The translations under genes were made by a program, and so were the position numbers. A DNA stretch of 63,623 nt, filler included, from a bacterium (GTDB taxonomy: Bacteria > UBA9089 > CG2-30-40-21 > SBAY01): assembly GCA_040757115.1 (NCBI GenBank). It is 5 parts of 5 records of this genome, joined end to end, with 100 filler letters (N's around TTAATTAATTAA, not from the genome) between each part and the next. Parts side by side here need not be neighbours in the genome. Positions count along the whole stretch, not along the records: positions 12,823 to 25,501 come from JBFLYA010000112.1; positions 25,602 to 38,280 come from JBFLYA010000113.1; 3 more parts are not named here. The stretch is one strand, 5' to 3'. The notes under the pieces are model-generated. The model worked only from the letters and a program-made list of their open reading frames with translations, made no database searches and was not told the origin of the DNA. Shown here one piece after another: positions 19,287-27,793 of this stretch (its first letter is position 1; each line of letters opens with the position of its first letter).

Positions 19287-20434
19287 GGTCTATGTTTCTT
19301 TAGCTGAGATTTAGTTTTTCCACTATGATAGTGAAATTTCTGCCAAAACTTATTCACTTCCTTTCCCCATTTATGCCAATCAATACCAAAAACTCTTTTT
19401 CCATTTTTATAAAAGTTAAGTCCTCCTCCTCCTGCGTTTTTATATCGCATAAATTTAACTGCCCATTTAGATCCTTTACTCACAAGTCCTAACCCTGGGA
19501 TAAGCATTAACTCATCCCATGTAGATTCAAGTCCAGGCTCTTCAGGGCATAGTCCAAATGAATCTATCCAATTAAGTGGATCATTGTAGCAGTAGGTGTA
19601 AGGATGAAAGTCTTCAGGGGTGTATATCGTATAAGGGACTATAAAATCAGGAGAATCAGGAGATGAAGAATCTATAGTATCCTCAAGAATATCCTCAAAT
19701 GGTACAGGCAATGTTTGTAACACTACTGGTTCTAACATTGGGTCTTTAGTTATAAACCTCCCCACTTTCGGGTCATAGTATCTTGCGCCGAAGTAATATA
19801 AGCCCGTTGCCTCATCATATTCTTTGCCAGTGAAAGTGAAGTTATTTTCAATCTTTCCCTCTGTATTTATCAACTCACCAAAAGGTAAATAATCACTCGA
19901 CCAAACTATTTCTCCCATACTATCAGTCATCACCCTTGTTGAACCTAAGTAATCATTATGATAATAATATACTTTCTCGGACTGAGCAGGTTTTTTATCT
20001 ACCCTCGCGACTAATTCATCATTAGCATAAATATAGGAGATAGTTCCTAAAGGCACATACACAGGTTTATCTTCTCCCTTGATAATCTCTACATCATCTA
20101 TATACCACCCTTCATAGTCGTTATACCACCCATCTACTGTATCAAAATTAAATCTTAGTTTTATCTTCTTACCCGCGTAGTTTGAAATATCAAAGGATTC
20201 CTCATGCCAGTCCATAACCGATGGTCCTTCATTACAATCGTTATAAAAAATCCTATTCCACTTCTGACTATCCCAAATCTCTACTTTCATATTGTCATAA
20301 TTCCCAGAAGGATAAGACTCATGTTGCCATCTTGTCCAGAAATTTAATCTAATCTTATCTTTTATCCCGGATAAATCAATTAATGGTGAAAGAGAAGAAC
20401 CAGAATTTCTACCACCGGTATTATGGGGGATGTT
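19274..20434 (-). CDS. Orphan Rhs module: beta-sandwich (MAM/InhA-like) fragment, Rhs core and His-rich toxin C-terminus (DWH..HYH..HRPWE)
   Basis: LRFNF.T.D....EGWYIDDVEI followed by the Rhs core. The apparent start at 20485 lies inside a REP-like palindrome, so the module is probably a 5'-truncated cassette. Confidence 0.75.
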   Translation of the reverse strand, partial: NIPHNTGGRNSGSSLSPLIDLSGIKDKIRLNFWTRWQHESYPSGNYDNMKVEIWDSQKWNRIFYNDCNEGPSVMDWHEESFDISNYAGKKIKLRFNFDTVDGWYNDYEGWYIDDVEIIKGEDKPVYVPLGTISYIYANDELVARVDKKPAQSEKVYYYHNDYLGSTRVMTDSMGEIVWSSDYLPFGELINTEGKIENNFTFTGKEYDEATGLYYFGARYYDPKVGRFITKDPMLEPVVLQTLPVPFEDILEDTIDSSSPDSPDFIVPYTIYTPEDFHPYTYCYNDPLNWIDSFGLCPEEPGLESTWDELMLIPGLGLVSKGSKWAVKFMRYKNAGGGGLNFYKNGKRVFGIDWHKWGKEVNKFWQKFHYHSGKTKSQLKKHRPWER

Positions 20435-20496
20435 GAGGTCAGACCGTGAATGTTGAATGTAAAAGGAACTGCTTTCTACATTCAAGGTCTGCCCCC

Positions 20497-20967
20497 CTAC
20501 TGCCCCTCTTTCTTTTCTGTTAAAAGTTCTTCTGCTGTTTTATCTTTATTTCGTTCAGACCAAAATACTGTTAAATCTTCTTTTTCTCTAATTAATTCCA
20601 ATAACTGATTTGATTCATATAAAGTACTGGTAATATCAGTTCCATCCTCAATTTTATCAGCCAATATTTCTTCTAAATCAGAAAGTCCACAAAATATCCA
20701 ATGAACAACTTCGCCTTTAATATTTTTATATTTCTGTTCTTCTTCTTTACCCAGATTAAGAGCTTTTAAGTAAGCTGTTTCATTGTCTGGTGCTTGAATA
20801 ATCCGAATTTGCTCATCAAAAGTCCAAGGACCGGAATCCTTTTTACCTACTTTACATTGCATAACTATTTTTGCAACATACCATTTCATAGATTTTCTGG
20901 TTTTGGTAAGAGATATGTTTTGTTCTGATGATAAATTGCTTTTTTGATACTTTTTATTCCTAACCAC
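20497..20967 (-). CDS. DUF4288-like protein, putative immunity
   Basis: WYVAK..FDEQIRIIQA...AY.KA..LG..E...YKN..GE.V.W.F.GL pattern. Confidence 0.7.
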   Translation of the reverse strand: MVRNKKYQKSNLSSEQNISLTKTRKSMKWYVAKIVMQCKVGKKDSGPWTFDEQIRIIQAPDNETAYLKALNLGKEEEQKYKNIKGEVVHWIFCGLSDLEEILADKIEDGTDITSTLYESNQLLELIREKEDLTVFWSERNKDKTAEELLTEKKEGQ

Positions 20968-20998
20968 AACAGATTATCTCTCTCCTTTTTATATCTTC

Positions 20999-21560
20999 TT
21001 ACTTTTTAGACTTACTATACTTCTTTTGCTTAAGAAGTTTTAAAGTTTTCCTTGCTTTCCAATTACCTTTTTTTGCCAAAGCTTCTATTTCTGCCAGTGT
21101 TTTTCCAAGCATTTCACTAGGAAATTCTCTAAGAATACTACCCTTTTTAGCCAGAGAAATTATCTCCTGTGCAGTTTTTGCTCCTTTCCCTGCTTTCCCA
21201 ACAAGTCCTAACCCTGGGATAAGCATTAACTCATCCCATGTAGATTCAAGTCCAGACTCTTCCGGGCATAGTCCAAACGGGTCTATCCAATTAATTGGGT
21301 TATTGTAGCAGTACATATAGGGATGGAGGTCTTGGGGAATATCTATCATCTCTGGGACTATAAAATCAGGAGATGAAGAATCTATAGTATCCTCAAGAAT
21401 ATCCTCAAATGGTACTGGCAATGTCTGTAACACTACTGGTTCTAATATTGGGTCTTTTGTAATAAACCTCCCCACTTTCGGGTCATAGTATCTGGCGCCG
21501 AAGTAATATAAGCCCGTTGCCTCATCATATTCTTTGCCAGTGAAAGTGAAGTTATTTTCA
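20999..21560 (-). CDS. Orphan Rhs core plus short basic toxin C-terminus (KKGSILREFPSE..)
   Basis: [32 protein letters not shown] then the C-terminal domain; no convincing start codon. Confidence 0.75.
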
Positions 21561-21836
21561 AAGAACTCTATCTTTAAGGACTTTTATTAAGGTTTTTCTC
21601 TTTAATCAAAGGGGTTAACAAAAGAAGTTGTCAATTTAACCCCTTTGCCTCTGCTTTAGAGAAAACCCCTGCTCAAGGACGACCCGCAACCGGGTGCCCC
21701 GTCAACCTCGTCGGGCTAAAAAGTAAAAGCAAAGAGGTCTACTTAAAGTTTACTCATAAAATGTTGGTTCTGTTAATTAAAAATTTTTATTATGAATGAT
21801 ATTTTTTACTTGACAAACCCTTTTCATAGGTGACCC
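21281..21836. repeat. ~555-bp direct repeat, copy 1 (Rhs core plus ~280-bp non-coding structured leader)
   Basis: Near-identical to 22631-23191. Confidence 0.85.
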
Positions 21837-22374
21837 CAAATCCACCTCCCTTTTTCAAAAGGAGTTCAGATAGTTCGCGCTTGACTACAGATAGGTCATA
21901 AATGCTTGGGATACCAGGTGAACGGTTTGCTATATGTTCCTCTAAAAATCTAATTGACGCACTAATATTTCCTAACTTTTCATAACTCCGACTAATTCGA
22001 TATCTACAGTCATTCAACAAGGAACGTGCCCAACGAACACCCTCTCCACAGTCACCATAGGCTATTGCTTCTACCCCTTTCTTAAGCAATTTCTTCCATA
22101 TCGCTATCGCTTCTTTGTTCTTATTTACCATATCAAGCGATCCAGCATAATCCCATAGGACCAATGGACATTTTGGTGCCAACTTCATTGCTTTCTCACT
22201 CAGTTCCAATGATTTTTCGTATTCATATTCTTCGTAGTAAATTGAGCCAAGTCGTGTCACTAACCAATGGTCGTCTGGTGATTTCTTTAATTCTCTGGAA
22301 ATTAACAAACGTGCTTTTCGCCATTCCTCTCGACTAATGTAGATTTCAATCTTTTTAGCAGTTTCTGAGTTCAT
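21790..22374 (-). CDS. TPR protein, putative immunity
   Basis: TPR-like helices; follows a toxin C-terminus; the 3' end runs into the leader repeat. Confidence 0.65.
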   Translation of the reverse strand: MNSETAKKIEIYISREEWRKARLLISRELKKSPDDHWLVTRLGSIYYEEYEYEKSLELSEKAMKLAPKCPLVLWDYAGSLDMVNKNKEAIAIWKKLLKKGVEAIAYGDCGEGVRWARSLLNDCRYRISRSYEKLGNISASIRFLEEHIANRSPGIPSIYDLSVVKRELSELLLKKGGGFGVTYEKGLSSKKYHS

Positions 22375-22380
22375 TTTTTA

Positions 22381-22914
22381 TCACTTCCTTCTATAAGGTC
22401 GATATTTATCACCCTTTTCTCCACCTGGTCTATCTCTCTTTTTGCGACTTATTCCCTTTTCATGTTTGCCTGCGGTGCTGGGTCGAATTTTACTCTTATG
22501 TACTTTTATCCCTTTTATAACACCACCCAAGCACATTCCTTCTGCTATTTCCTTAACATCAGCCCAAATCTTTTTTTCTAACTCCGCATCTATTACCCAC
22601 CACGGTTTCTCTCCGCACAATCCTAACGGATCTATCCAATTAATCGGGTCATTATAACAGTTAGTCACATATAGGGATGGAGGTCTTGGGGAATATCTAT
22701 CATCTCTGGGACTATAAAATCAGGAGATGAAGAATCTATAGTATCCTCAAGAATATCCTCAAATGGCACAGGCAATGTTTGTAACACTACTGGCTCTAAG
22801 ATTGGGTCTTTTGTAATAAACCTCCCTACCTTCGGGTCATAGTATCTGGCGCCGAAGTAATATAAGCCCGTTGCCTCATCATATTCTTTGCCAGTGAAAG
22901 TGAAGTTATTTTCA
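22381..22914 (-). pseudogene. Orphan Rhs core plus basic toxin C-terminus (RPST..KHEKG..RK.RD..GEKGD), frameshifted
   Basis: A 5-nt insertion near 22661-22666 gives ATG TGA in place of ATG TAC of the paralog. Confidence 0.75.
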
Positions 22915-23191
22915 AAGAACTCTATCTTTAAGGACTTTTATTAAGGTTTTTCTCTTTAATCAAAGGGGTTAACAAAAGAAGTTGTCAATTTAACCCCTTT
23001 GCCTCTGCTTTAGAGAAAACCCCAGCGCAAGGACGACCCGCAAGCGGGTGCCCCGTCAACCTCGTCGGGCTAAAAAGAAAAAGCAAAGAGGTATACTTAA
23101 AGTTTACTCATAAAATGCTGGTTCTGTCAACTAAAAAATTTTTATTATGAATGATATTTTTTACTTGACAAACCCTTTTCATAGGTGACCC
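22631..23191. repeat. ~555-bp direct repeat, copy 2
   Basis: Near-identical to 21281-21836. Confidence 0.85.
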
Positions 23192-23208
23192 TAATCTCTT
23201 CCTTCCTC

Positions 23209-23421
23209 CTATAAATCTTCTGAGTACATTATTATTGTATCAATTGATCCTTCCTCTAAATTCCCCATAGACCTCATCAAATGCCAATGTCCCGCTGGTG
23301 TAAGTTCACCAATAATACTTAAACAAATATTGGATAAATCTCTTAATCCCTGGGCATCTGCCATAATAGTTATTTCATTTTTATCCTTGTCGTATGTAAT
23401 TTTAACTTTTCCATTTTCCAT
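23209..23421 (-). CDS. Imm32-like immunity protein
   Basis: EITI.AD..GL..L...C....GHWHL....LEEGS pattern, downstream of a toxin C-terminus. Confidence 0.65.
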   Translation of the reverse strand: MENGKVKITYDKDKNEITIMADAQGLRDLSNICLSIIGELTPAGHWHLMRSMGNLEEGSIDTIIMYSEDL

Positions 23422-23429
23422 AGTTATTT

Positions 23430-24049
23430 CTATTCCCTTTTTGGAGATTTAGGGTACCAATTTGTTCCATCTGGTGACCATTCTTGGCGTTTTCCATCAC
23501 GTAAATGTCCTCTATCCCAGTGAGAACCTCCTTTCTTGTGTTTATCTTCAGGATCTTCATGCCAATGATAGTACCAGTCATTATCTCTTTGGTCTTCGTG
23601 AAGATTCGGATCAAATTGAGGTTCTGGTGGATATTTTGGAGGTTCTGCTTGTTGAGCTAATCCAAGTAATGAGGATAAAAACTCTTTTGGAAAAAGCAAA
23701 GCAAGAAAACCTAATCCAAACTCAGATAACCAATCTTCTATTAAAGCCTGATCTTCTGGACTTATCGGGCATAATCCCCACAAGTCTATCCAATTAATCG
23801 GATCATTATAGCAATAGACATACTTATGTAAATTAGGTGGAAAGTAAACATTACCTGTATATGGATCTTTTGTTATAAACCTCCCTATCTTCGGGTCATA
23901 GTATCTGGCGCCGAAGTAATATAAGCCCGTTGCCTCATCATATTCTTTGCCAGTGAAAGTGAAGTTATTTTCAAACTCTGTCTCTGGTAACTCTACCTTT
24001 ACCTTGCCTGTAACACTATACCTAACTCTGACACCATTAAGAGAATATT
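23430..24049 (-). CDS. Orphan Rhs core plus toxin C-terminus with an H..D..H...HWD motif (putative RNase)
   Basis: Frame is open from ~24049 without a start; Rhs core then ..YYHWHEDPEDKHKKGGSHWDRG... Confidence 0.7.
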
Positions 24050-24120
24050 GGGTCGGAACCTTGAATGTAGAAAGCAGGTTTGTGCATTCCGACCCCCAAC
24101 TACCCTATTTCAAAGAACAA

Positions 24121-24858
24121 TTAAGAGAATGAAAATCGTCCTCTTTTTTCTATAAATCCTTTTTTAGCTAATTCATTTAGATAATCATGGGCAATTTTGT
24201 TATTTGGCTCTATTTTTAATACTTCTTGCAGTTCTTTTTTTCCATCATTTATTAAGCCTAATTGAAAATAAATTTCTGAAAGTAAGGCATGTGCCTGAAG
24301 CCTATTTTCTTCTGATAACCTTAATTTAAGTGCCTTTTTATATAATTCAATTGCTTCTTTGTATAAACCTAATTGTTGGGTATTTATCCCTTTTTCTACT
24401 TCCTCTATCTCTTTTACATGCAGAAATTTACCAAGATGAAGATAAGCAGTTCCAAATTTAGGCTTTAGTTTTATCACTATTCTTATATATTCTAAAGCCT
24501 TATCATATTCCTTACGAAGATAATATATATTAGCGGCATTGAAATATGCTTGGTAACATTTAGAATTGGATTTTATTACTTTTTCAAACTCTACTAAAGC
24601 CTCGTTATGTTTTTCTTGAGTATAAAAATTATATCCCAATTTAAAATGGTCACCAATATCCTGAAACACTTTACTCCTTAAGAAATCAAGAAACAAATAA
24701 ATTCCTATTAAAACTAATCCTAATGGAATAAACTTTATTTGTTGCCACCACCATATCCTCATTAGATATTCTTCAGCAATATAATTAACTAAATTCCAAA
24801 AACATATAGTTATTATTAGAGCTGTAATAAATATGAATAAATGTATTAAGAAAGCCAT
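24121..24858 (-). CDS. Membrane-anchored TPR protein (putative immunity)
   Basis: Two N-terminal TM helices and several TPRs; follows an Rhs C-terminus. Confidence 0.65.
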   Translation of the reverse strand: MAFLIHLFIFITALIITICFWNLVNYIAEEYLMRIWWWQQIKFIPLGLVLIGIYLFLDFLRSKVFQDIGDHFKLGYNFYTQEKHNEALVEFEKVIKSNSKCYQAYFNAANIYYLRKEYDKALEYIRIVIKLKPKFGTAYLHLGKFLHVKEIEEVEKGINTQQLGLYKEAIELYKKALKLRLSEENRLQAHALLSEIYFQLGLINDGKKELQEVLKIEPNNKIAHDYLNELAKKGFIEKRGRFSFS

Positions 24859-24884
24859 ATCTATTTGACCTCAAATTCCCCCAC

Positions 24885-25501
24885 CTATTCCACTTTTTGT
24901 GAACCACTACCGTACTTTTTCCTCCACTCCTCTAATAATTCCTTTTCACCCTCATTAAGAATTGGAGGGTCTATCCAATCAGCAGCTATAAAAGTAGCTT
25001 TCATTACAGCTCTTTTTGCTGCCCATTTTAAAAGTGCATCAAGTCGCTTTGCATATTCTGTAATATAGGGTCCTCTCACTGCCTTAGTTATCTCCAGCAG
25101 TTTAGCAGGAGGAATGAGTAATCCACCAATAGCAATCTCTTCCCCACAATATCCATAAGGGTCTATGTAGTTTATGGGGTTATTATAGCAATACATGTAT
25201 GGATGAATATTCTGAGGTATAGTTAGACCTTCTGTAATAATAAGTTGAGCAATGATAGGATAGAGAGCACCATTTATAATTCTTTCATCTTCGGGTGTAC
25301 AAGACCATGGGTCTTTTGTAATAAACCTCCCTACCTTTGGGTCATAGTATCTGGCGCCGAAGTAATATAAGCCCGTTGCCTCATCATATTCTTTGCCAGT
25401 GAAAGTGAAGTTATTTTCAATCTTTCCCTCTGTATTTATCAACTCACCAAAAGGTAAATAATCACTCGACCAAACTATTTCTCCCATACTATCAGTCATC
25501 A
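24885..25501 (-). CDS. Rhs module truncated by the contig end
   Basis: Rhs core near-identical to 19740-19930, with a different helical C-terminus after DPYGY. Confidence 0.8.
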
Positions 25502-25601
25502 NNNNNNNNNNNNNNNNNNNNNNNNNNNNNNNNNNNNNNNNNNNNTTAATTAATTAANNNNNNNNNNNNNNNNNNNNNNNNNNNNNNNNNNNNNNNNNNN
25601 N
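25502..25601. other. Artificial contig linker
   Basis: N-run with TTAATTAATTAA. Confidence 0.97.
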
Positions 25602-25893
25602 TGGAAAACAACAAATTTCCATAAATTTCTATTAGTTTCTATTAATTTCAATTTTTTTAATAATATCTCCCTATCTCCTTAATCTCCACATCTCCTTTTG
25701 TTACACCACCTGAACGCTTACAAATTTTTTTAACCACAAAGATCACAAAGAGTTTCACAAAAGAGTCAAAGATTTTTGAGAGAATAAATTTTTCCCTTTA
25801 TTTCTTTGTGTATTCTTTGTGTACTTTGTGGTTAATTTCAGAGACCATTTAATTTTCTTCGTGTCCTTCGTGTTCTTCGTGGTGAATAGTTAC
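25602..25893. repeat. Nested 9-mer hairpin repeats and family-A right ends
   Basis: Reverse-complement match to 14124-14227; CACAAAG/CTTTGTG arms; TGAACGCTTAC and TGAATAGTTAC ends. Confidence 0.6.
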
Positions 25894-25895
25894 AC

Positions 25896-26891
25896 TTATT
25901 TTTCAATTATAGTTTCATCTATCTTCATCCCAAAATGTCTTCCAGCATCTTCCTGGTAGGCTAATACTTCACTTCCTTCTTGTAGCGAAACAATGGAGAT
26001 AGGACTTCCATCTGGTGTGCAAAGTCTGATAGTTTCTGCATTTTGGAGGATTAAAGAAACTATTTTTGAATTGATTTTTCCTTCTAACAACATCAATGGT
26101 CTTTTTTCTATCTTTATTCTACCAACAATGGCTGATTGAGTTTGTCCTGTTGAATTAACAATTAATACTTCATCACCTGTTTTTAACTCGGATAAATATT
26201 TAGTTTTACCTCCTGGTAGAAGTGTATAGGCATGGACAGCGCCGGCATTAACCCTGAAAGGTCTGGGTTCGACATAAGGATTTTCAACACTCTCTGAATG
26301 GACTAAAAACATTGCACCTGAAGAATTCCCGGCTAACATCCCTTCTCCTTGCTTCATATTGGTACAGGTATCAATACAAACCCTGTCTCCCATTCCCAGA
26401 GGTTCTATTTTTGTAATTTTTGCAATGGCAATCTCTAATTTCTCTTGAGTATTTTTGATTAGTTGTGCACATCTTTTTATCTCATTTAAATCGGTTGTCT
26501 CAAGCAGAACACCCGCAACTCCTTTTTCTAATATTTGAATAGCGATTTTTGTCTCTTTTTCATTATGAACATAAGCTATTAATCCGGCAGGATTTTGAGC
26601 AATTAAATTCTCTAATGGGATAATTGTCCAATCGTTTGTTTTAATAATAAGTGTTTTGGATTTTGACAACTTAGCGGCGGTTTCTTCATCCTGTTTATTA
26701 TTGATTTCAAACTCAACGACATCTTCATTTAGTTTCAAATCACCATTTTTAGAGATAGTTTTAATTTTGCCCAATTCCTTTACCTTTTCCTCAAATCCTT
26801 CTTCAACCCAAATAGCATCTACGCCACTTTCTAATGCAGTTGTCACAACCGCTTTATTAAACGGAATAGATTTTAGCCAGATAGTTTTCAT
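25896..26891 (-). CDS. 3-dehydroquinate synthase II (archaeal-type AroB')
   Basis: DWTIIPLENLIA, GMGDRVCIDTC, RPFRVNAGAVHAY, LQNAETIRL, GRHFGMKI.E.I.EK. Confidence 0.92.
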   Translation of the reverse strand: MKTIWLKSIPFNKAVVTTALESGVDAIWVEEGFEEKVKELGKIKTISKNGDLKLNEDVVEFEINNKQDEETAAKLSKSKTLIIKTNDWTIIPLENLIAQNPAGLIAYVHNEKETKIAIQILEKGVAGVLLETTDLNEIKRCAQLIKNTQEKLEIAIAKITKIEPLGMGDRVCIDTCTNMKQGEGMLAGNSSGAMFLVHSESVENPYVEPRPFRVNAGAVHAYTLLPGGKTKYLSELKTGDEVLIVNSTGQTQSAIVGRIKIEKRPLMLLEGKINSKIVSLILQNAETIRLCTPDGSPISIVSLQEGSEVLAYQEDAGRHFGMKIDETIIEK

Positions 26892-26897
26892 TTTAGA

Positions 26898-27007
26898 TTC
26901 TCCTGAAAATAGTTAATTAGAGATTAGAGAATTAGTGAATTAGAACCTGCACTCTTGCTAATCTCTAATCTCTAATCTCTAATCTCTATGCCCGATTTTC
27001 ATCCTCC
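26898..27007 (-). repeat. Family-E repeat with ATTAGAG heptamer hairpin
   Basis: TTCTCCTGAAAATA...ATTTTCATCCTCC; its AGGAG sits at the RBS position of DHQ synthase II. Confidence 0.65.
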
Positions 27008-27016
27008 TCGTATCAT

Positions 27017-27778
27017 CTATTCTTTTGTTTCATATTTGTAGACCTTTGGTTTAAAATCAACCTTATTTTTTAAAACCATGGTATCTTCTTTTAAAGACAA
27101 AAGATAAAATCCTTCTTTTTCTGCAATCCTTACTGCATCATGGGATGGATTCATATAGGCAATTGCACCAATTACTGGTAGATCATTGTATTTAGGAAAG
27201 AATTCATAGAAAGAGGAAATGTCTTCTAATGCGTCGTTTATATCTCTTGGTTCAAAATATGTCTTTACCTCAACTATTATAACATAGTCCTGGTTTTCTC
27301 CCCTGGCTATGCTTAATAGGTCTAATTCTAAGGTATTTCCGTTCATATGAGAAAGAGCCCTTGGAAAGGTTTGGATAATCTTTATCCCTCTTTTTGAAAA
27401 TGCCTCTGTTAGAGATACAAGTGCCATACCCTCTGTTAATCTTCCCCAACCATCTGATATGCCTGCTACCAATTTCCTTGTTTTTTCAAACTCTTTATCT
27501 GTCTTCTTAAACATAGCCCTTAATTCCTCATCTGTTTTTTTAAGTTGCTCATCTGTTTTTTTAAGTTGCTCATCTGTTTTTTTAAGTTGCTCATCTGTTT
27601 TTTTAAGTTGCTCATCTGTTTTTTTAAGATGTTCATCTGTTTTTTTAAGTTGCTCATCTGTTTTTTCTTGAGCCTTTTTGAGGGTTTCTTGAGATTTTCT
27701 AAACTCTTCCTGGCTCTTTAAAAGTCTTTCTATTCTTCTATCTACATTATCAAGTCTTTGTTCAACCTTCATAGCCAT
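27017..27778 (-). CDS. Coiled-coil repeat protein with a C-terminal PD-(D/E)XK nuclease-like domain (DUF3782/DUF1626-like)
   Basis: (LKKTDEQ)n heptads, WGRL.E, ELDLL..IIVEVKT. Confidence 0.7.
   Translation of the reverse strand: MAMKVEQRLDNVDRRIERLLKSQEEFRKSQETLKKAQEKTDEQLKKTDEHLKKTDEQLKKTDEQLKKTDEQLKKTDEQLKKTDEELRAMFKKTDKEFEKTRKLVAGISDGWGRLTEGMALVSLTEAFSKRGIKIIQTFPRALSHMNGNTLELDLLSIARGENQDYVIIVEVKTYFEPRDINDALEDISSFYEFFPKYNDLPVIGAIAYMNPSHDAVRIAEKEGFYLLSLKEDTMVLKNKVDFKPKVYKYETKE
27529..27665. repeat. 21-bp coding tandem repeat, about 6.5 copies
   Basis: TCATCTGTTTTTTTAAGTTGC units. Confidence 0.9.
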
Positions 27779-27793
27779 TTTATATCACCTCCA

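Noticed and set aside
21281-23191. Near-identical repeat pair as a DGR template/variable repeat
   Set aside because: Differences are not confined to adenines and there is no reverse transcriptase in the window.
16551-25501. Rhs cassettes as integron cassettes of the intI remnant
   Set aside because: No convincing attC structure (RYYYAAC..GTTRRRY) seen at the junctions, and intI is on a different contig.
25896-26891. Archaeal-type DHQ synthase II in a bacterium as a novelty
   Set aside because: Already known from several bacterial lineages.
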